Shown here piece by piece: positions 38,862 to 49,254 of a DNA stretch of 64,000 nt. Under the pieces are notes generated by a model that was not told the origin of the DNA, ran no database searches, and saw only the letters and a program-made list of their open reading frames with translations. Made by a program: the position numbers and the translations under genes. This DNA is from Longimicrobiales bacterium (lineage in GTDB: Bacteria; Gemmatimonadota; Gemmatimonadetes; Longimicrobiales; Gaopeijiaceae): positions 1,344,001 through 1,408,000 of the forward strand of contig CBDCNQ010000005.1 in the NCBI GenBank assembly GCA_965219445.1. Reading direction: 5' to 3'. Each line of letters begins with the position of its first letter. Positions within the stretch are counted from its first letter, which is position 1.

Positions 38862-39918
38862 GAGTCAATCCCAAAGCTAGTTGAAACTCGAGTGACCTCG
38901 GGACGCTCAGGCTGCGGCATGAGTCTGGCTATCGGGATGGATGATCCCGAGTTCCTTCTGAATCGCGGCACGGAGCGACGGGAGGTGGCGATAGCCGAGT
39001 AGCCTCCTGAGCCGAGGCTCGATGTCGATGAGCGCGGCGGCGAGCCAGCGCTGCTTATGGTTCGAGTTTCTCCATCGGTCGACTCTCCCACAGCGCTGTT
39101 CGGCTTGAGCGTTCACGGATTCGAGAACGTTGGTCGTCTTCAGCGAACGGCCAACCAGCGGGAACACGCCGAGTCGATGCAGGGTCAACGTCTCCTCGAA
39201 CCCTTCGTCCAGGCTTGCAACCGCCGACTGGTTGAGCTCGTCCAGCTCAGCCCGCATCGCTTTCAGGTCCCGCTTCGCCTCCTCGTAGGTGGGCCGCTCG
39301 TAGGCTCGCTGCAGACGTCCACACCAGGCCTTCTGCTCGGTGCGTGGCAGGTACGAGACCACATTCTCTCGCTTGTGCCATTGGCAGCGCTGGATAAGCA
39401 CCTGGCCCCGGAACACCGTCGTCACTGCCGACTTCAGCCCCTTGGCGCCGTCGATCACGACCAGCGCTCCGGCCGACAGATCGAGTCCCCGATCCTTCAG
39501 GGAGCGCAGAAAGCTCGTGATCACCCGGGCGTTCTCCGTTTCCGTCTGCACGAATCCCGCAAACACCTTGTCTCCCCCCATCGTCACGGCTAACGCGACG
39601 ACGATTTCGTCATTGGCAAACGTCTTGCCATCCAGGAAGAGCGCCACGACGTCGAGCTCCGTAAGCTCACGTTCCTGAAACGCCTTCAGCTGCCTGGCGG
39701 TCGCCTTCTTGAACTCCCGCGACACCGTCGACTTAGACAGCCCGATCGCCCCCGGCACTGCCTCCACCGCGGCCTCATAGTCACGACACGAGATCCCAAG
39801 CAGGACCTTGCGGAACAACCCCTCGTCCACCTCGCCCGCCGCCCAGTGCAAGCGCTCGTACGACTCCAGACGCGCCTCTCCCTCCAGACCTCGCACCCGA
39901 GGGACCCGGACCCCTCTC
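38862..39918 (-). mobile_element. IS256-family element, 5'-truncated (transposase remainder 38907-39918)
   Basis: VPRVR, GISCRDY, LFLDGK, VVIDGAKGL, QRCQWHK, TTNVLES motifs. Cut by the IS3 left end. Confidence 0.88.
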
Positions 39919-40005
39919 TGCCAACTTACGTGAGACACGGAGCAGCTAAGGAATTAGAGTAGGGCGAAGGCAGAGAAACCGAGGATGCTGAGACACCGAG
40001 AGAGA

Positions 40006-40434
40006 ATGAAAGAGAATGGAATAGCCCCACCAACCTGGGACGGTAAGCGAAGCGCGGCAGCTCCTGCGGACTCGGAGGTGGTAGATAGGCCGCTGCGCCG
40101 GCGGTTCGCTCCGTCGTACAAGCTGCGGATCGTCGAAGAAGCGGACCGGTGCACGGAGCCCGGAGAGGTTGGCCGACTCCTACGGCGGGAGGGCTTGTAC
40201 TCGTCGCACCTGACGACATGGCGCAAGGCGGCGCATAGCGGGTCCCTGAAAGCGCTGTCGAAGAAACGAGGCCGTAAGCGCGAGCGCAATCCGCTGGAGG
40301 AGAAGGTGCGCAAGCTGGAGCGCGAGAACACTCGCCTCGAGAAGGAGCTCCAGAAGGCGCACTTGATCATCGACGTCCAGGGAAAAGTTGCAGGGCTGCT
40401 GGGATTGAGCCTCGAGGACGGGACGAACTCATGA
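40006..40434 (+). CDS. IS3 OrfA (HTH transposase subunit)
   Basis: RRRFAPSYKLRIVEEA...LLRREGLYSSHLTTWRK plus coiled coil. Confidence 0.88.
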   Translation: MKENGIAPPTWDGKRSAAAPADSEVVDRPLRRRFAPSYKLRIVEEADRCTEPGEVGRLLRREGLYSSHLTTWRKAAHSGSLKALSKKRGRKRERNPLEEKVRKLERENTRLEKELQKAHLIIDVQGKVAGLLGLSLEDGTNS

Positions 40435-41438
40435 AGGCGACCCAGGAGCTAGCCAAGCACGTAGGGGTGAAGCCCGCGTGCGATGCGCTCAGGGTGCCGC
40501 GAGCCACGTTCTACCGTCGTCGGAGTGCATCGACCGGGCATCAGCAGCCCCGCCCGACCCCCGCCCGGGCCTTAAGTGAGAGGGAGCGGGACAAGATTTT
40601 CGACACCCTGTGTTCGGAGCGGTTCGTGGACCGGTCCCCAGCCGAGGTGGTGGCGACGCTGCTCGACGAGGACGTCTACCTGTGCAGCGAGCGTACGATG
40701 TATCGCGTTCTGGCTTCCCAGGTGCCGGTTCAGGAGCGTCGAGCGCAGCGGAGTCATCCCAAATACCAGAAGCCCGAGTTGATGGCGAGGGGCCCGAACC
40801 AGGTCTGGTCCTGGGATATCACCCGGCTGCTGGGGCCGAAGAAGTGGAGTTACTTCTACCTCTACGTGATCCTGGACATCTTCAGCCGCTACGTCGTGGG
40901 ATGGATGGTGGCGGATCGGGAGAACTCTGCCCTGGCCAGCCGGCTGATCCAGCAGAGTTGCTTGAAGCATGGCGTCCAGCCCCACCTCCTGACCCTGCAT
41001 TCCGATCGAGGGGCTCCGATGACGAGCCAATGCACGGCTCAACTACTCGCCGATCTCGGCGTGACCCGCTCGTTGGGCCGACCCCAGGTCTCGGATGACA
41101 ATCCGTTCTCCGAGGCTCAGTTCAAGACCTTGAAGTACCATCCCTCGTTTCCCGGCCGGTTCGGGGATCAGGGGCAAGCCAAGACCTTCTGTCGCTCGTT
41201 CTTCCGTTGGTATAATGCCGAGCACCGCCATGGCGGCATCTCGATGCTGACCCCCGAACAGGTCCACTTCGGTCACGCCGATCGGATCATCGCCTGCAGG
41301 AAGGCCGTGCTCCGTGAGGCATGGGCCGCTCATCCCGAGCGCTTCGTCTCCGGTGAGCCGAAGCCTAAACCACTCCCGGAGGCCGTCTGGATCAATCCTC
41401 CCACCCCATCCCTCACGACACAGGAGATTGCTCTCTAA
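40431..41438 (+). CDS. IS3 OrfB DDE transposase
   Basis: PNQVWSWDIT, LDIFSRYVVGW, HSDRG, DNPFSEAQFKTLK, YNAEHRH. ATGA overlap with orfA. Confidence 0.93.
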   Translation: MKATQELAKHVGVKPACDALRVPRATFYRRRSASTGHQQPRPTPARALSERERDKIFDTLCSERFVDRSPAEVVATLLDEDVYLCSERTMYRVLASQVPVQERRAQRSHPKYQKPELMARGPNQVWSWDITRLLGPKKWSYFYLYVILDIFSRYVVGWMVADRENSALASRLIQQSCLKHGVQPHLLTLHSDRGAPMTSQCTAQLLADLGVTRSLGRPQVSDDNPFSEAQFKTLKYHPSFPGRFGDQGQAKTFCRSFFRWYNAEHRHGGISMLTPEQVHFGHADRIIACRKAVLREAWAAHPERFVSGEPKPKPLPEAVWINPPTPSLTTQEIAL

Positions 41439-41591
41439 TTGATTTCCAAGAGTGTCTCACTGGCGTTGACAGGTTCCGAAACGATGGGGGTGGCCTAAAT
41501 AGCGGGAACGTGGATGCGCGGTGCGATGGCTGGATGGGACTGCTGGAGTCTCTCGCCGCTCTTTTCCTGAGTGGATGCTACATCAGGGGGC

Positions 41592-41875
41592 CTAGATAAA
41601 CCTCAGGTACAGATTGAAATCGTCACGCATCCTGTTGATGATGGCGCTTTCTGCGTTGTTCCCAACCGAGTTCTTGATCTTCTTTCCCTTGCTCTCATCG
41701 TGAAAAAGGCAGTAGACGAAGTCGAGCTCGTCCGAGAGCGTGTGCACAATCGACTGACCAATGAGTTGTTTCACTAGCGAAGCATTTAGGCTTTTCTTGT
41801 ATTCGATGGCTATCAGGTACGGCGCTGTAATGATGAAGTCGGGGTAGTTCCGCGTCCCTAGGAAGAAGGTCACCA
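41592..41875 (-). pseudogene. C-terminal fragment of a PD-(D/E)XK nuclease-like protein
   Basis: Low GC. FLGTRNYPDFII...IAIEYKK motif sits at the very start of the ORF, with no credible N-terminus. Confidence 0.55.
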
Positions 41876-41939
41876 AAAAGAGTGGCGGCCGGGCCCTGTA
41901 GGACCCAGCCGCCATTCCGCAAAGCGGAAGCCGCCTAAG

Positions 41940-43598
41940 TCAGACCTCGCCGGCCTTCGCAGAACGAACCAGATGCTCCGCTGCACGGAACGCGAGCGCC
42001 TGGATTGTCATGGTGGGGTGATTCCGACCACCCGTGACTAGGTTGCTGCCGTCCACGATGAATAGGTTGGGCACATCGTGGGCGCGGTGGTACTTGTCGA
42101 CCACCGATGTCGATGGGTCGTCACCCATGCGGCACGTGCCACGGTTGTGCGCGCCACCACGGCTGTCACGGACCGGACCCGCCCACACCGACTGGGCACC
42201 GGCCGCCTCGAGGACCTCGATCGACTTCTGTCTGAAGAACTCCATGTTCTTGATGTCGTCGGGATGACTCGTGGACGTGATGCGCATCGCGGGCAACCCC
42301 CACTCGTCTTTCACGTTGGGATCCAGATCCACGCGGTTGGTCTCGAGCGGCAACTGCGTGGTGAAACAGGAGATCGTCATCCTGTGCCTGGATTGGTCCC
42401 TGAGCGCCTGCTTGTAGCCCGCCCCCCAGCGCGGGGCGTCGGGGCTCAGCCCCCCGAGACCATAACTGATCGGGGTTGCGTAGCCGCGGGACGTCATTCG
42501 ACCACCGCCATAGAAGCCCCGGTTGGGGTCGGTGGGGACGTAGTCCACAATTCCCGTCCCGGAGACGACGCCCTTGTAGTCATTGAGTGGATGCTCGAAG
42601 AGTCCGCTCGCGCCGGCGCCACCCCCGAGCATCAGGTACTTGCCGACGACACCGTTCGAGTTTGCGAGACCGTCAGGAAAGCGGGCCGACGCCGACATCA
42701 AGAGCAGACGAGCCGACTCCCCAGCATTCGCGGACAGCACCACCGCTTTGGCACTCTGGAATACTTCCTGTTTTTGGGCGTTGAAATAGGTAACCCCGGT
42801 CACTCGGCCACCGTTGTCCACCGATATTTCACGAACGTAGCTTCTGGCGCGGACCTCACAGTTACCGGTCTCGATAGCCAGCGGGATCACCGTGACCGCC
42901 GAGCTCGACCGAGCCTTTACGTGGCATCCGTAGCCGGAGCACATCCCACAATTGACGCACCCGGAGCGGCCCATGTACGGCTGGGTGATGATCGCTAGTG
43001 GGCCAGGCACCACGCTCAAGCCGAGCTTGGCAGCCGCCCTATAGAACAGGGCGCCCGAGGACTTCATCGGCACCGGCGGTACCGGGTACTCCTTGGACAT
43101 CGGCGCGACAAACGGGGAATCTACGCGCTGTCCCGAGATTCCCATCTCCCACTCGGCCTGAGTGTAGTAGGGCTCCAACTCCTCGTAGGAGACCGGCCAG
43201 TCCGCCATACCCGTTCCAGCAATCGTTCCGACGGTGCTGGCTTCGTTGAACTCCCACGGCAGATGGCGCCAGCTGCTACCCCCGTACGTGACGGTCCCAC
43301 CTCCGACGACGGATCCGTACCTGTGAGTGCCCCGAACGGCCTCTTCCCGGTCGTTTCTGCGGAAGGTGTTGCGCTGTCGCGCGGGGTCGCTCAACAGACG
43401 GTCTTCGTTGCTTATGTTCCGATTGAGCAACTCGTCCTTGGTGTAGTCCCGCTCATGCCCGTACTTCCCCCAGCCGCCCTGCTCGAGGATCACCACCGAA
43501 AAGCCGGCCATCGACAACTGCTTGGCCATGATGCCCCCAGCTGCCCCGGACCCGATGATGACGAAATCAACTTCTTCCTGTGGCCTGAACTGTCTCAT
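41940..43598 (-). CDS. GMC family flavoprotein oxidoreductase (gluconate 2-dehydrogenase alpha-like)
   Basis: IIGSGAAG, VGGGT, CVNCGMC..YGC, HNRGTCRMG, NHPTMTIQALA. Confidence 0.9.
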   Translation of the reverse strand: MRQFRPQEEVDFVIIGSGAAGGIMAKQLSMAGFSVVILEQGGWGKYGHERDYTKDELLNRNISNEDRLLSDPARQRNTFRRNDREEAVRGTHRYGSVVGGGTVTYGGSSWRHLPWEFNEASTVGTIAGTGMADWPVSYEELEPYYTQAEWEMGISGQRVDSPFVAPMSKEYPVPPVPMKSSGALFYRAAAKLGLSVVPGPLAIITQPYMGRSGCVNCGMCSGYGCHVKARSSSAVTVIPLAIETGNCEVRARSYVREISVDNGGRVTGVTYFNAQKQEVFQSAKAVVLSANAGESARLLLMSASARFPDGLANSNGVVGKYLMLGGGAGASGLFEHPLNDYKGVVSGTGIVDYVPTDPNRGFYGGGRMTSRGYATPISYGLGGLSPDAPRWGAGYKQALRDQSRHRMTISCFTTQLPLETNRVDLDPNVKDEWGLPAMRITSTSHPDDIKNMEFFRQKSIEVLEAAGAQSVWAGPVRDSRGGAHNRGTCRMGDDPSTSVVDKYHRAHDVPNLFIVDGSNLVTGGRNHPTMTIQALAFRAAEHLVRSAKAGEV

Positions 43599-43619
43599 GT
43601 CGTTTCTCCGGTTCCGAAG

Positions 43620-44207
43620 CTATCCACGGTGCTGGGGGAGCGCGTCGTAGTAGCCGAACGGCGGCTCGTGGTTGAGAGAATCGTCGTAGCCTAGGAGCTG
43701 CCAGCCGACTTTGTCGTGATTGCCGCCGTGCACCGGGCTTGCGAAGAAGCCGGTGACCGTATGAGTCCGGACCAGGTTGAAGAACGGCGTGTCCTCGATC
43801 TCCGTGAGCACCTGGATCTGCTGGTCGAAGGTCAGGTCCGAGAATTTGCTGGCGTACGGGAAGCTCTGCCTCGTCTGCGCCGCGAGATCCTTGAGGCCCT
43901 GGGTATAGTCACCTTGGCGCTCCTGATCGAACGTCACGAGTGCCCTGTCGATGAAGGCAACCACTCGCGCCTCCCGCGCACCCGGCGTTTCGTCGGTGGG
44001 GATGATCTGGGCAGCCATTTCCTCGACCTCGAGGGCCTGCTCCGGCGTGAAAAATACGAACTTGTCCGCCTGCCCCAACTCGGCCGCCTTGAGCACATAT
44101 TCCTCAGCCGCCAGGATGCCGGGATAGTTAGCCGCGACCCAGACCCCGCCCAGGCCGGCAACCGAATCGATGAGAAATGAACGTCGTGACTTCCCTTGGG
44201 TGCTCAT
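43620..44207 (-). CDS. Gluconate 2-dehydrogenase subunit 3 family, Tat-exported
   Basis: SRRSFL twin-arginine signal, QIIPTDETPGAREA, GFFASPVHGGN. Confidence 0.88.
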   Translation of the reverse strand: MSTQGKSRRSFLIDSVAGLGGVWVAANYPGILAAEEYVLKAAELGQADKFVFFTPEQALEVEEMAAQIIPTDETPGAREARVVAFIDRALVTFDQERQGDYTQGLKDLAAQTRQSFPYASKFSDLTFDQQIQVLTEIEDTPFFNLVRTHTVTGFFASPVHGGNHDKVGWQLLGYDDSLNHEPPFGYYDALPQHRG

Positions 44208-44329
44208 GCTGTCCCCCTTCGATACGTTCCTGGTTGGCTGGTTGCGTCTACGTGTCCACGCCCATTTTATCGTGTCGACGAGTTGCGTTCCGCATGATAG
44301 TAGGGACACGTGGATCTTGAGGCAAACCG

Positions 44330-45490
44330 TCAGGAGGCATGAGCAACGGCGTCGGCGATCTCCTGCCGCACCCAGTCGTTCACCTCCTCTTTCAGTAATT
44401 CCAGAAGCGACTCGCGGGCCTCTTTGGTGCCGACCCTCCCCAAGGCCCACGCCGCATGCCCGCGCACCAGTACCTCCCCATCAGTGAGGGCCCTGGCAAG
44501 AACCGGGACCGCCTCCGCAACGCCCCAGTTGCCCAACGCTACACAGACGTTGCGCAACAGCCCGGCCCGCTTCGCTCGCGTGATCGGCGATTCCTGGAAA
44601 AGTGCACGAAATTCCATCTCGTTTAGGCTCAGGAGCTGGTCGGCCAACTCCACAAGCGACGGCCCATCCAGCCCATCCCGCGCCCGATAGGCCTCTTCTT
44701 CCGCCGGCCGTACGAACCGCTCGTTCCACGGGCAGACCTCCTGGCAGATGTCGCACCCGTACACGCGGTTCCCCAGGAGCGACCGGAGCTCGACAGGTAT
44801 CGGGCCGCGGTGCTCGATGGTCAGGTAGGAGATACATCGCGGGGCGTCCATCACCGGTGCCCCCGACGCGTCACGCCCCAGCAACGCTCCCGTGGGGCAC
44901 GCATCCAGACAACTCCGGCACGTCCCGCAGTGGTCCTCCTGGAACGGAGCATCGGCATCGAGCTCCAGATCGAGCAGAAGCAGCCCCAGAAAGAAATAAG
45001 AACCCCGTTTCGGGTGGATCAGCATCGTGTTCTTCCCGAACCAGCCGACACCGGCACGCAGTGCCATCTCCCGCTCCAGAATGGGGCCGGTATCTACGTA
45101 GACGCGTCCCTCGACCGGGCCTTCCACCGATGCCTCGATCCACCGGAGGAGCTCGAGAAGCAACCTCTTGATGGCGCCGTGGTAGTCTTGGCCGCGCGCA
45201 TAGCGGGCAATCACTCCCCTCGCCGGATCGGCGGGTACGCCGGGGGGGTCCTCCTGGAAGTACTCATGACCGACCACGACCGCCGATCGGACCGAAGGCA
45301 TCGTCTGGCGGAGATCCGCGCGGCGAGCGACGGCGTCCTCGCGGGCGAGATACGCCATCTCCCCGTGCCTGCCGTCCGCCACCCATCTGCGATAGAGGTC
45401 CAGATGATCGCTCGGTTCGACCGTGGCGACCCCCACCAGACTGAAGCCCAGCCCTCGGGCCTGCTCCTTGAGACGGGTCGTCAGTGTCAC
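44330..45490 (-). CDS. queG: tRNA epoxyqueuosine(34) reductase
   Basis: ARYARGQDYH, VDTGPILER, CGTCRSCLDACPTGA, CISYLTIE, GCDICQEVCPWN. Confidence 0.95.
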   Translation of the reverse strand: MTLTTRLKEQARGLGFSLVGVATVEPSDHLDLYRRWVADGRHGEMAYLAREDAVARRADLRQTMPSVRSAVVVGHEYFQEDPPGVPADPARGVIARYARGQDYHGAIKRLLLELLRWIEASVEGPVEGRVYVDTGPILEREMALRAGVGWFGKNTMLIHPKRGSYFFLGLLLLDLELDADAPFQEDHCGTCRSCLDACPTGALLGRDASGAPVMDAPRCISYLTIEHRGPIPVELRSLLGNRVYGCDICQEVCPWNERFVRPAEEEAYRARDGLDGPSLVELADQLLSLNEMEFRALFQESPITRAKRAGLLRNVCVALGNWGVAEAVPVLARALTDGEVLVRGHAAWALGRVGTKEARESLLELLKEEVNDWVRQEIADAVAHAS

Positions 45491-46641
45491 ACCCTGTACT
45501 CCCTCCCTTTCCATTCGACGCGGCCTCCGCGGATCCAACTCCTCAGGAAGATGTAGTTCACTACCCCTGCCGCCAGTGGATAGAACAGGCCGGTCCAGAG
45601 CGGAGCTCGAAGACGCCAAGCGGCCAGACTCCACCCGAGGACGCTGAAACCCGTGATCGAGGTCGACCATATCCACCACGTGCTCGTTCCCCACCCCGCG
45701 AGGGACAGGAGCAAGACCACGGGAGGAACGATCCAGATCGCCACGCTGACCAAGATCGCGGTCGGCATCGTAATCGGACCGGCCCAGGTCGGAACCGCTT
45801 GGCGGGCCGCCAGAGACAGGTTCTTCGACCAGCCTTCGATCAACTCGTCGAGCGACCAGTACATACGCGTGGCGAAAACCGCCTCGCCCTCACGGACCGT
45901 GAGCCGCTTTCCGGATCTGCAGAGGATCTGCGCCAGCTGCTGGTCCTCGACGACTTCCCCCTTCACGGCTTCGTGGCCTCCAATTTCCTCGTAAACGCTC
46001 CGATCGAAGAGGATGAACTGTCCGTTGGCGATGGCGTCGCGCCAGCGCTTCGGAGGACGGGGCTTCCCCGGGTTTGGAAAGCGAAATACGAACGCGGCCA
46101 TCATGTGAGTCTGGACCAACCGCTCCCAGAACGTGTCCATGATTTGCCGCCCCAGCAGCGTGAGGGCATCGCCTCCGTCCTCCGCCAACCCGGCCACCGC
46201 ACGCCCCAGCAGTTCGGGAGCATGAACGGTGTCGGCGTCGGTGAAAAGCAGCAGATCACCCTCCGCCGCCCGGGCCCCCTGCGCGCACGCCCAGGGCTTG
46301 CCCATCCACCCTTCGGGAAGCGCCTGGCCTTCGACCACCATGACCCTCCGGGCGCGGTTCGGCAGGATCGCCCGCGCCAGGTCCAAGGTGGTGTCGTCGC
46401 TCCGGTCGTCGACCACGATCACCTCGAACTCCGGATAATCCGATGCACAGATCGACTCGACACAGGACCGGATACTTCTCTCTTCGTTCCTGGCTGGAAC
46501 GATAACGCTTACCAGTGGACCCGACCGTTCAGTCGCGCCCACCTCTGTGGCCACGTCGGGTAGCCGTCGTGGAAGCCTGACCTTGATCAGGAAATAGACT
46601 GCGAGGGCAATCCAGGGGGCGAATGCGACTGGCGGCGGCAT
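45487..46641 (-). CDS. Glycosyltransferase family 2 (CrtQ/HpnB-like)
   Basis: VPARNEE, VDDRSDD, GWMGK, FTDAD, EDQQL, C-terminal transmembrane helices. Confidence 0.85.
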   Translation of the reverse strand: MPPPVAFAPWIALAVYFLIKVRLPRRLPDVATEVGATERSGPLVSVIVPARNEERSIRSCVESICASDYPEFEVIVVDDRSDDTTLDLARAILPNRARRVMVVEGQALPEGWMGKPWACAQGARAAEGDLLLFTDADTVHAPELLGRAVAGLAEDGGDALTLLGRQIMDTFWERLVQTHMMAAFVFRFPNPGKPRPPKRWRDAIANGQFILFDRSVYEEIGGHEAVKGEVVEDQQLAQILCRSGKRLTVREGEAVFATRMYWSLDELIEGWSKNLSLAARQAVPTWAGPITMPTAILVSVAIWIVPPVVLLLSLAGWGTSTWWIWSTSITGFSVLGWSLAAWRLRAPLWTGLFYPLAAGVVNYIFLRSWIRGGRVEWKGREYRV

Positions 46642-46692
46642 GGGGGTTGATCCACTTCCGGCTCTGGGCTCAGCGGCCGGAAATGGGCCCGC

Positions 46693-47667
46693 CTATAAAA
46701 TCGGGCGGCTGACCCGGATGGTCACCCGCTTGTCGGTGAAAAGTCCCCCGTCGTCGGCCCTGCCCTGGAGCACATACGTGCCGGGCTCGTGGAAGGTCAC
46801 CTCCGTGACCCAGCGTCCATCCTCCGGCAACTCGGGCGGCACCCAGAAAGAGGCCCACGGAGAGTTCGAGTAGGGGCGGGTGTCTTCCCAGGGCGCGATC
46901 TGCGGTGGAGTGAAGCTCACATCGCCACCCATAGGTCCGCGATAGACGAACCAGGTCAGGTGGAGTCCCAAGATCTTCTGCACGGTGATTCGTGAGGGAG
47001 TTCGCATAGCCCGGTCAAGATTCAGCGTCCCATCGTCGTTGAGGGGCAATCGCGACTCTGAACTCCACTCGGGGAGGCCGTCGTCGGTGACGTAGGCAGT
47101 CAGGGTAACGCGCTGACCCACTCGAGCCTCGATGAGGGAGTCCATCTCCAACTCGATAACTGGGGGGGTGTGTGCGCGGAGCTCCGGGTCACTGCTGCCC
47201 GCGCCGAGCGTCCCCGTCTCCGACATGATGACAATGTTGTCGACGAAGTAGTCGGACCTCAGCGAGCCGTACGCCCGCCGTTCTTCTCCGTTGGTCTTGA
47301 GCGTCCAGATCAACTCCCGTTCACCAAAGTCCGCCGGCACTCGGACTTCGAACACGAACCGGTTACGGCGGGGAAGGAAGTGTGTGGGTTGTCCCCGATC
47401 AGCAGCCCCTGGCGAAAAATTGTTGTCGGCGCCTACGGGAAGGTCCGGCTCGGCCTCCCAATTCCGGTTCATATAGCCGAAGATGAGGTTGAACGAGCCG
47501 TCAGGGTTCTGCCCCCAACCCTCGAAGGACGGGGAGATGGACTGGCCGCTCGCATAGGTGAGGCCCTGGGCTGCAGCGGGAGGGACACCTACCGCCAAGT
47601 CCAGGAACCCAAAGACGAAGCCTACTGCGGCGGCTCTCCGCAGCCGCCGAGACCAACGTCCAACCAT
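46693..47667 (-). CDS. Secreted hypothetical protein with a C-terminal Ig/PKD-like segment
   Basis: Signal peptide, FGYMNRN, GQPTHFLPRR, FHEPGTYVLQGRADDG. Directly downstream of the monooxygenase-like gene. Confidence 0.7.
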   Translation of the reverse strand: MVGRWSRRLRRAAAVGFVFGFLDLAVGVPPAAAQGLTYASGQSISPSFEGWGQNPDGSFNLIFGYMNRNWEAEPDLPVGADNNFSPGAADRGQPTHFLPRRNRFVFEVRVPADFGERELIWTLKTNGEERRAYGSLRSDYFVDNIVIMSETGTLGAGSSDPELRAHTPPVIELEMDSLIEARVGQRVTLTAYVTDDGLPEWSSESRLPLNDDGTLNLDRAMRTPSRITVQKILGLHLTWFVYRGPMGGDVSFTPPQIAPWEDTRPYSNSPWASFWVPPELPEDGRWVTEVTFHEPGTYVLQGRADDGGLFTDKRVTIRVSRPIL

Positions 47668-47669
47668 GT

Positions 47670-49145
47670 TTATCTGTCGTCCCTCTGAGGCCTCACGTCA
47701 CTGGCCTTGGCGGGCGGCGTAGGCACGGTCGCCAAGCAAAGCGGGCATCCGATCACGTAGTCGTTCTTGGTCAGGTTGAACTTCTCCACCCGCTCGGCCA
47801 TCTCCTCCACGAACTGCTCGTCTGTGAGACCGACGCGCTCGCCCAGATCGATGAACATGTTGGACACCGACCGATTACCCGATCCCTGCCAGTTTCTTGG
47901 GTCCGGGACGTTTTGGTTGGTCTCGGTGTTGTTCATGTAACCGGTGATGTGGAGGATCGTGCCCTTGGGAAGCAGGGGCTGGTAGTCGTTTGCGAAGACG
48001 TAGGTGCGGACCCAGTTGTGGTCGTAGCCGACACAGGACAGCGTCTCGGCCTTGAACCCCCAGATGGCCTCCAGACACATCCGTTCGCCGGGAGCGTGCA
48101 GGTGTGGCTCGAAGCTGATGATCTTGGTGTGCTCCTTGGTCACCGTGTAGGCGTCGAGCCGCTGTCCGGATTGGTTGGCCTCGATATCGATGTCCGAGCC
48201 GTTGGCGAGAGAGGTGATGCCACCCTCGTACCTTGGCTCGTATCCGATCGGGTGCAGTTGGAAGGCGATCTCCAGGCGGGCCCTGGTGTCCCGACCGTTC
48301 GAGTGGAGGTGGATCGACTCGGATGCGACCTGCGAGCCCGCCTTCAACAGCCGGCCTGCATCTGGATCGAAAAGGTCCGGGTTGCGGCCGACCTCGTGCA
48401 CGGGCCAGGAAGTGCTCTCCCGCGCGTCCGGCACCTCCGTTCTCCAAATCATGTGGTGGACGATGTATCTCCTGCCCACCGTCTCTCGGCCGCCGTCTCG
48501 ATTACCTTTCACATCATTGATTTCGCGTATCTGCACGGCCGCGACGTACCGGTCCTCTTCCAAACCGAGCGGGATACTCTCGATCTCACCCCACCAGTCT
48601 GCATCCGAGCCCCTCACCAAGATCTCCTCGGAACTCACCACTAGGTCGGGCCGGATGGTCCATACACCACTGTCGTCGAATTCCCTGGCCGGGGGTAGGT
48701 CCGCCGGATCACCTTCGGGCGCGCCGTTGTCTGCCCAAGCGGCGACCATGGCAAGCTCCTCATCGCTGAGGGACGTGTCCTGCTTGTACTCCTGAATGCC
48801 GATGTTCTTCTCGACGTACCAGGGCGGCATGGCGCCAGCACGATCACGGATTGCGGTGCGCTCCTTGATCCTCCGGGAAAACCGCCGCGCCTCTTGGTAC
48901 GTGACGAGCGACATAGGGGCGACGCCCACCGGGTTGTGACAATTCTGGCAGCTCCGCTGCAGGATCGGCGCGATGTCCCTGCTGAACGTCACGTCTTCCG
49001 GATTGAAAACGAGATCGGATGTGGAGGCGAAGTCCTGAGCCCCGAGCGCAAATGGCACTATCAGGAGGAGGGCCGCCGGAAGCATCAGAAGCCGACCGAT
49101 CGTGTCCTTCCACCCGAAATTCTTTCCGTAACGCATCGCTTTCAC
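47670..49145 (-). CDS. Secreted c-type heme plus copper type II monooxygenase-like protein
   Basis: CQNCH, APMSL, MPPW, VHH, HLH, PHLH, YDHNW, SNM. Confidence 0.72.
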   Translation of the reverse strand: MKAMRYGKNFGWKDTIGRLLMLPAALLLIVPFALGAQDFASTSDLVFNPEDVTFSRDIAPILQRSCQNCHNPVGVAPMSLVTYQEARRFSRRIKERTAIRDRAGAMPPWYVEKNIGIQEYKQDTSLSDEELAMVAAWADNGAPEGDPADLPPAREFDDSGVWTIRPDLVVSSEEILVRGSDADWWGEIESIPLGLEEDRYVAAVQIREINDVKGNRDGGRETVGRRYIVHHMIWRTEVPDARESTSWPVHEVGRNPDLFDPDAGRLLKAGSQVASESIHLHSNGRDTRARLEIAFQLHPIGYEPRYEGGITSLANGSDIDIEANQSGQRLDAYTVTKEHTKIISFEPHLHAPGERMCLEAIWGFKAETLSCVGYDHNWVRTYVFANDYQPLLPKGTILHITGYMNNTETNQNVPDPRNWQGSGNRSVSNMFIDLGERVGLTDEQFVEEMAERVEKFNLTKNDYVIGCPLCLATVPTPPAKASDVRPQRDDR

Positions 49146-49254
49146 TCCAATTGCGGAGAGACAACTCTGGGCGCAAAAAAAGAGATTCCGAGCCGGCTAT
49201 AAGAATAGTTAAGGGGCCACGAGTACGTCAAAAAGGACTGAGACCGGCCGAGCG

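Larger units (their letters stand above)
39919..41471 (+). mobile_element. Complete IS3-family insertion sequence
   Basis: IRL TGCCAACTTACGTGAGACAC and IRR (reverse complement) TGTCAACGCCAGTGAGACAC, 15/20 identical, with TG...CA ends. No target duplication seen. Confidence 0.88.

Noticed and set aside
33959..39918. The two IS256 fragments as halves of one inverted element
   Set aside because: Both contain the PRVRGLE region with different sequence, so they are different elements.
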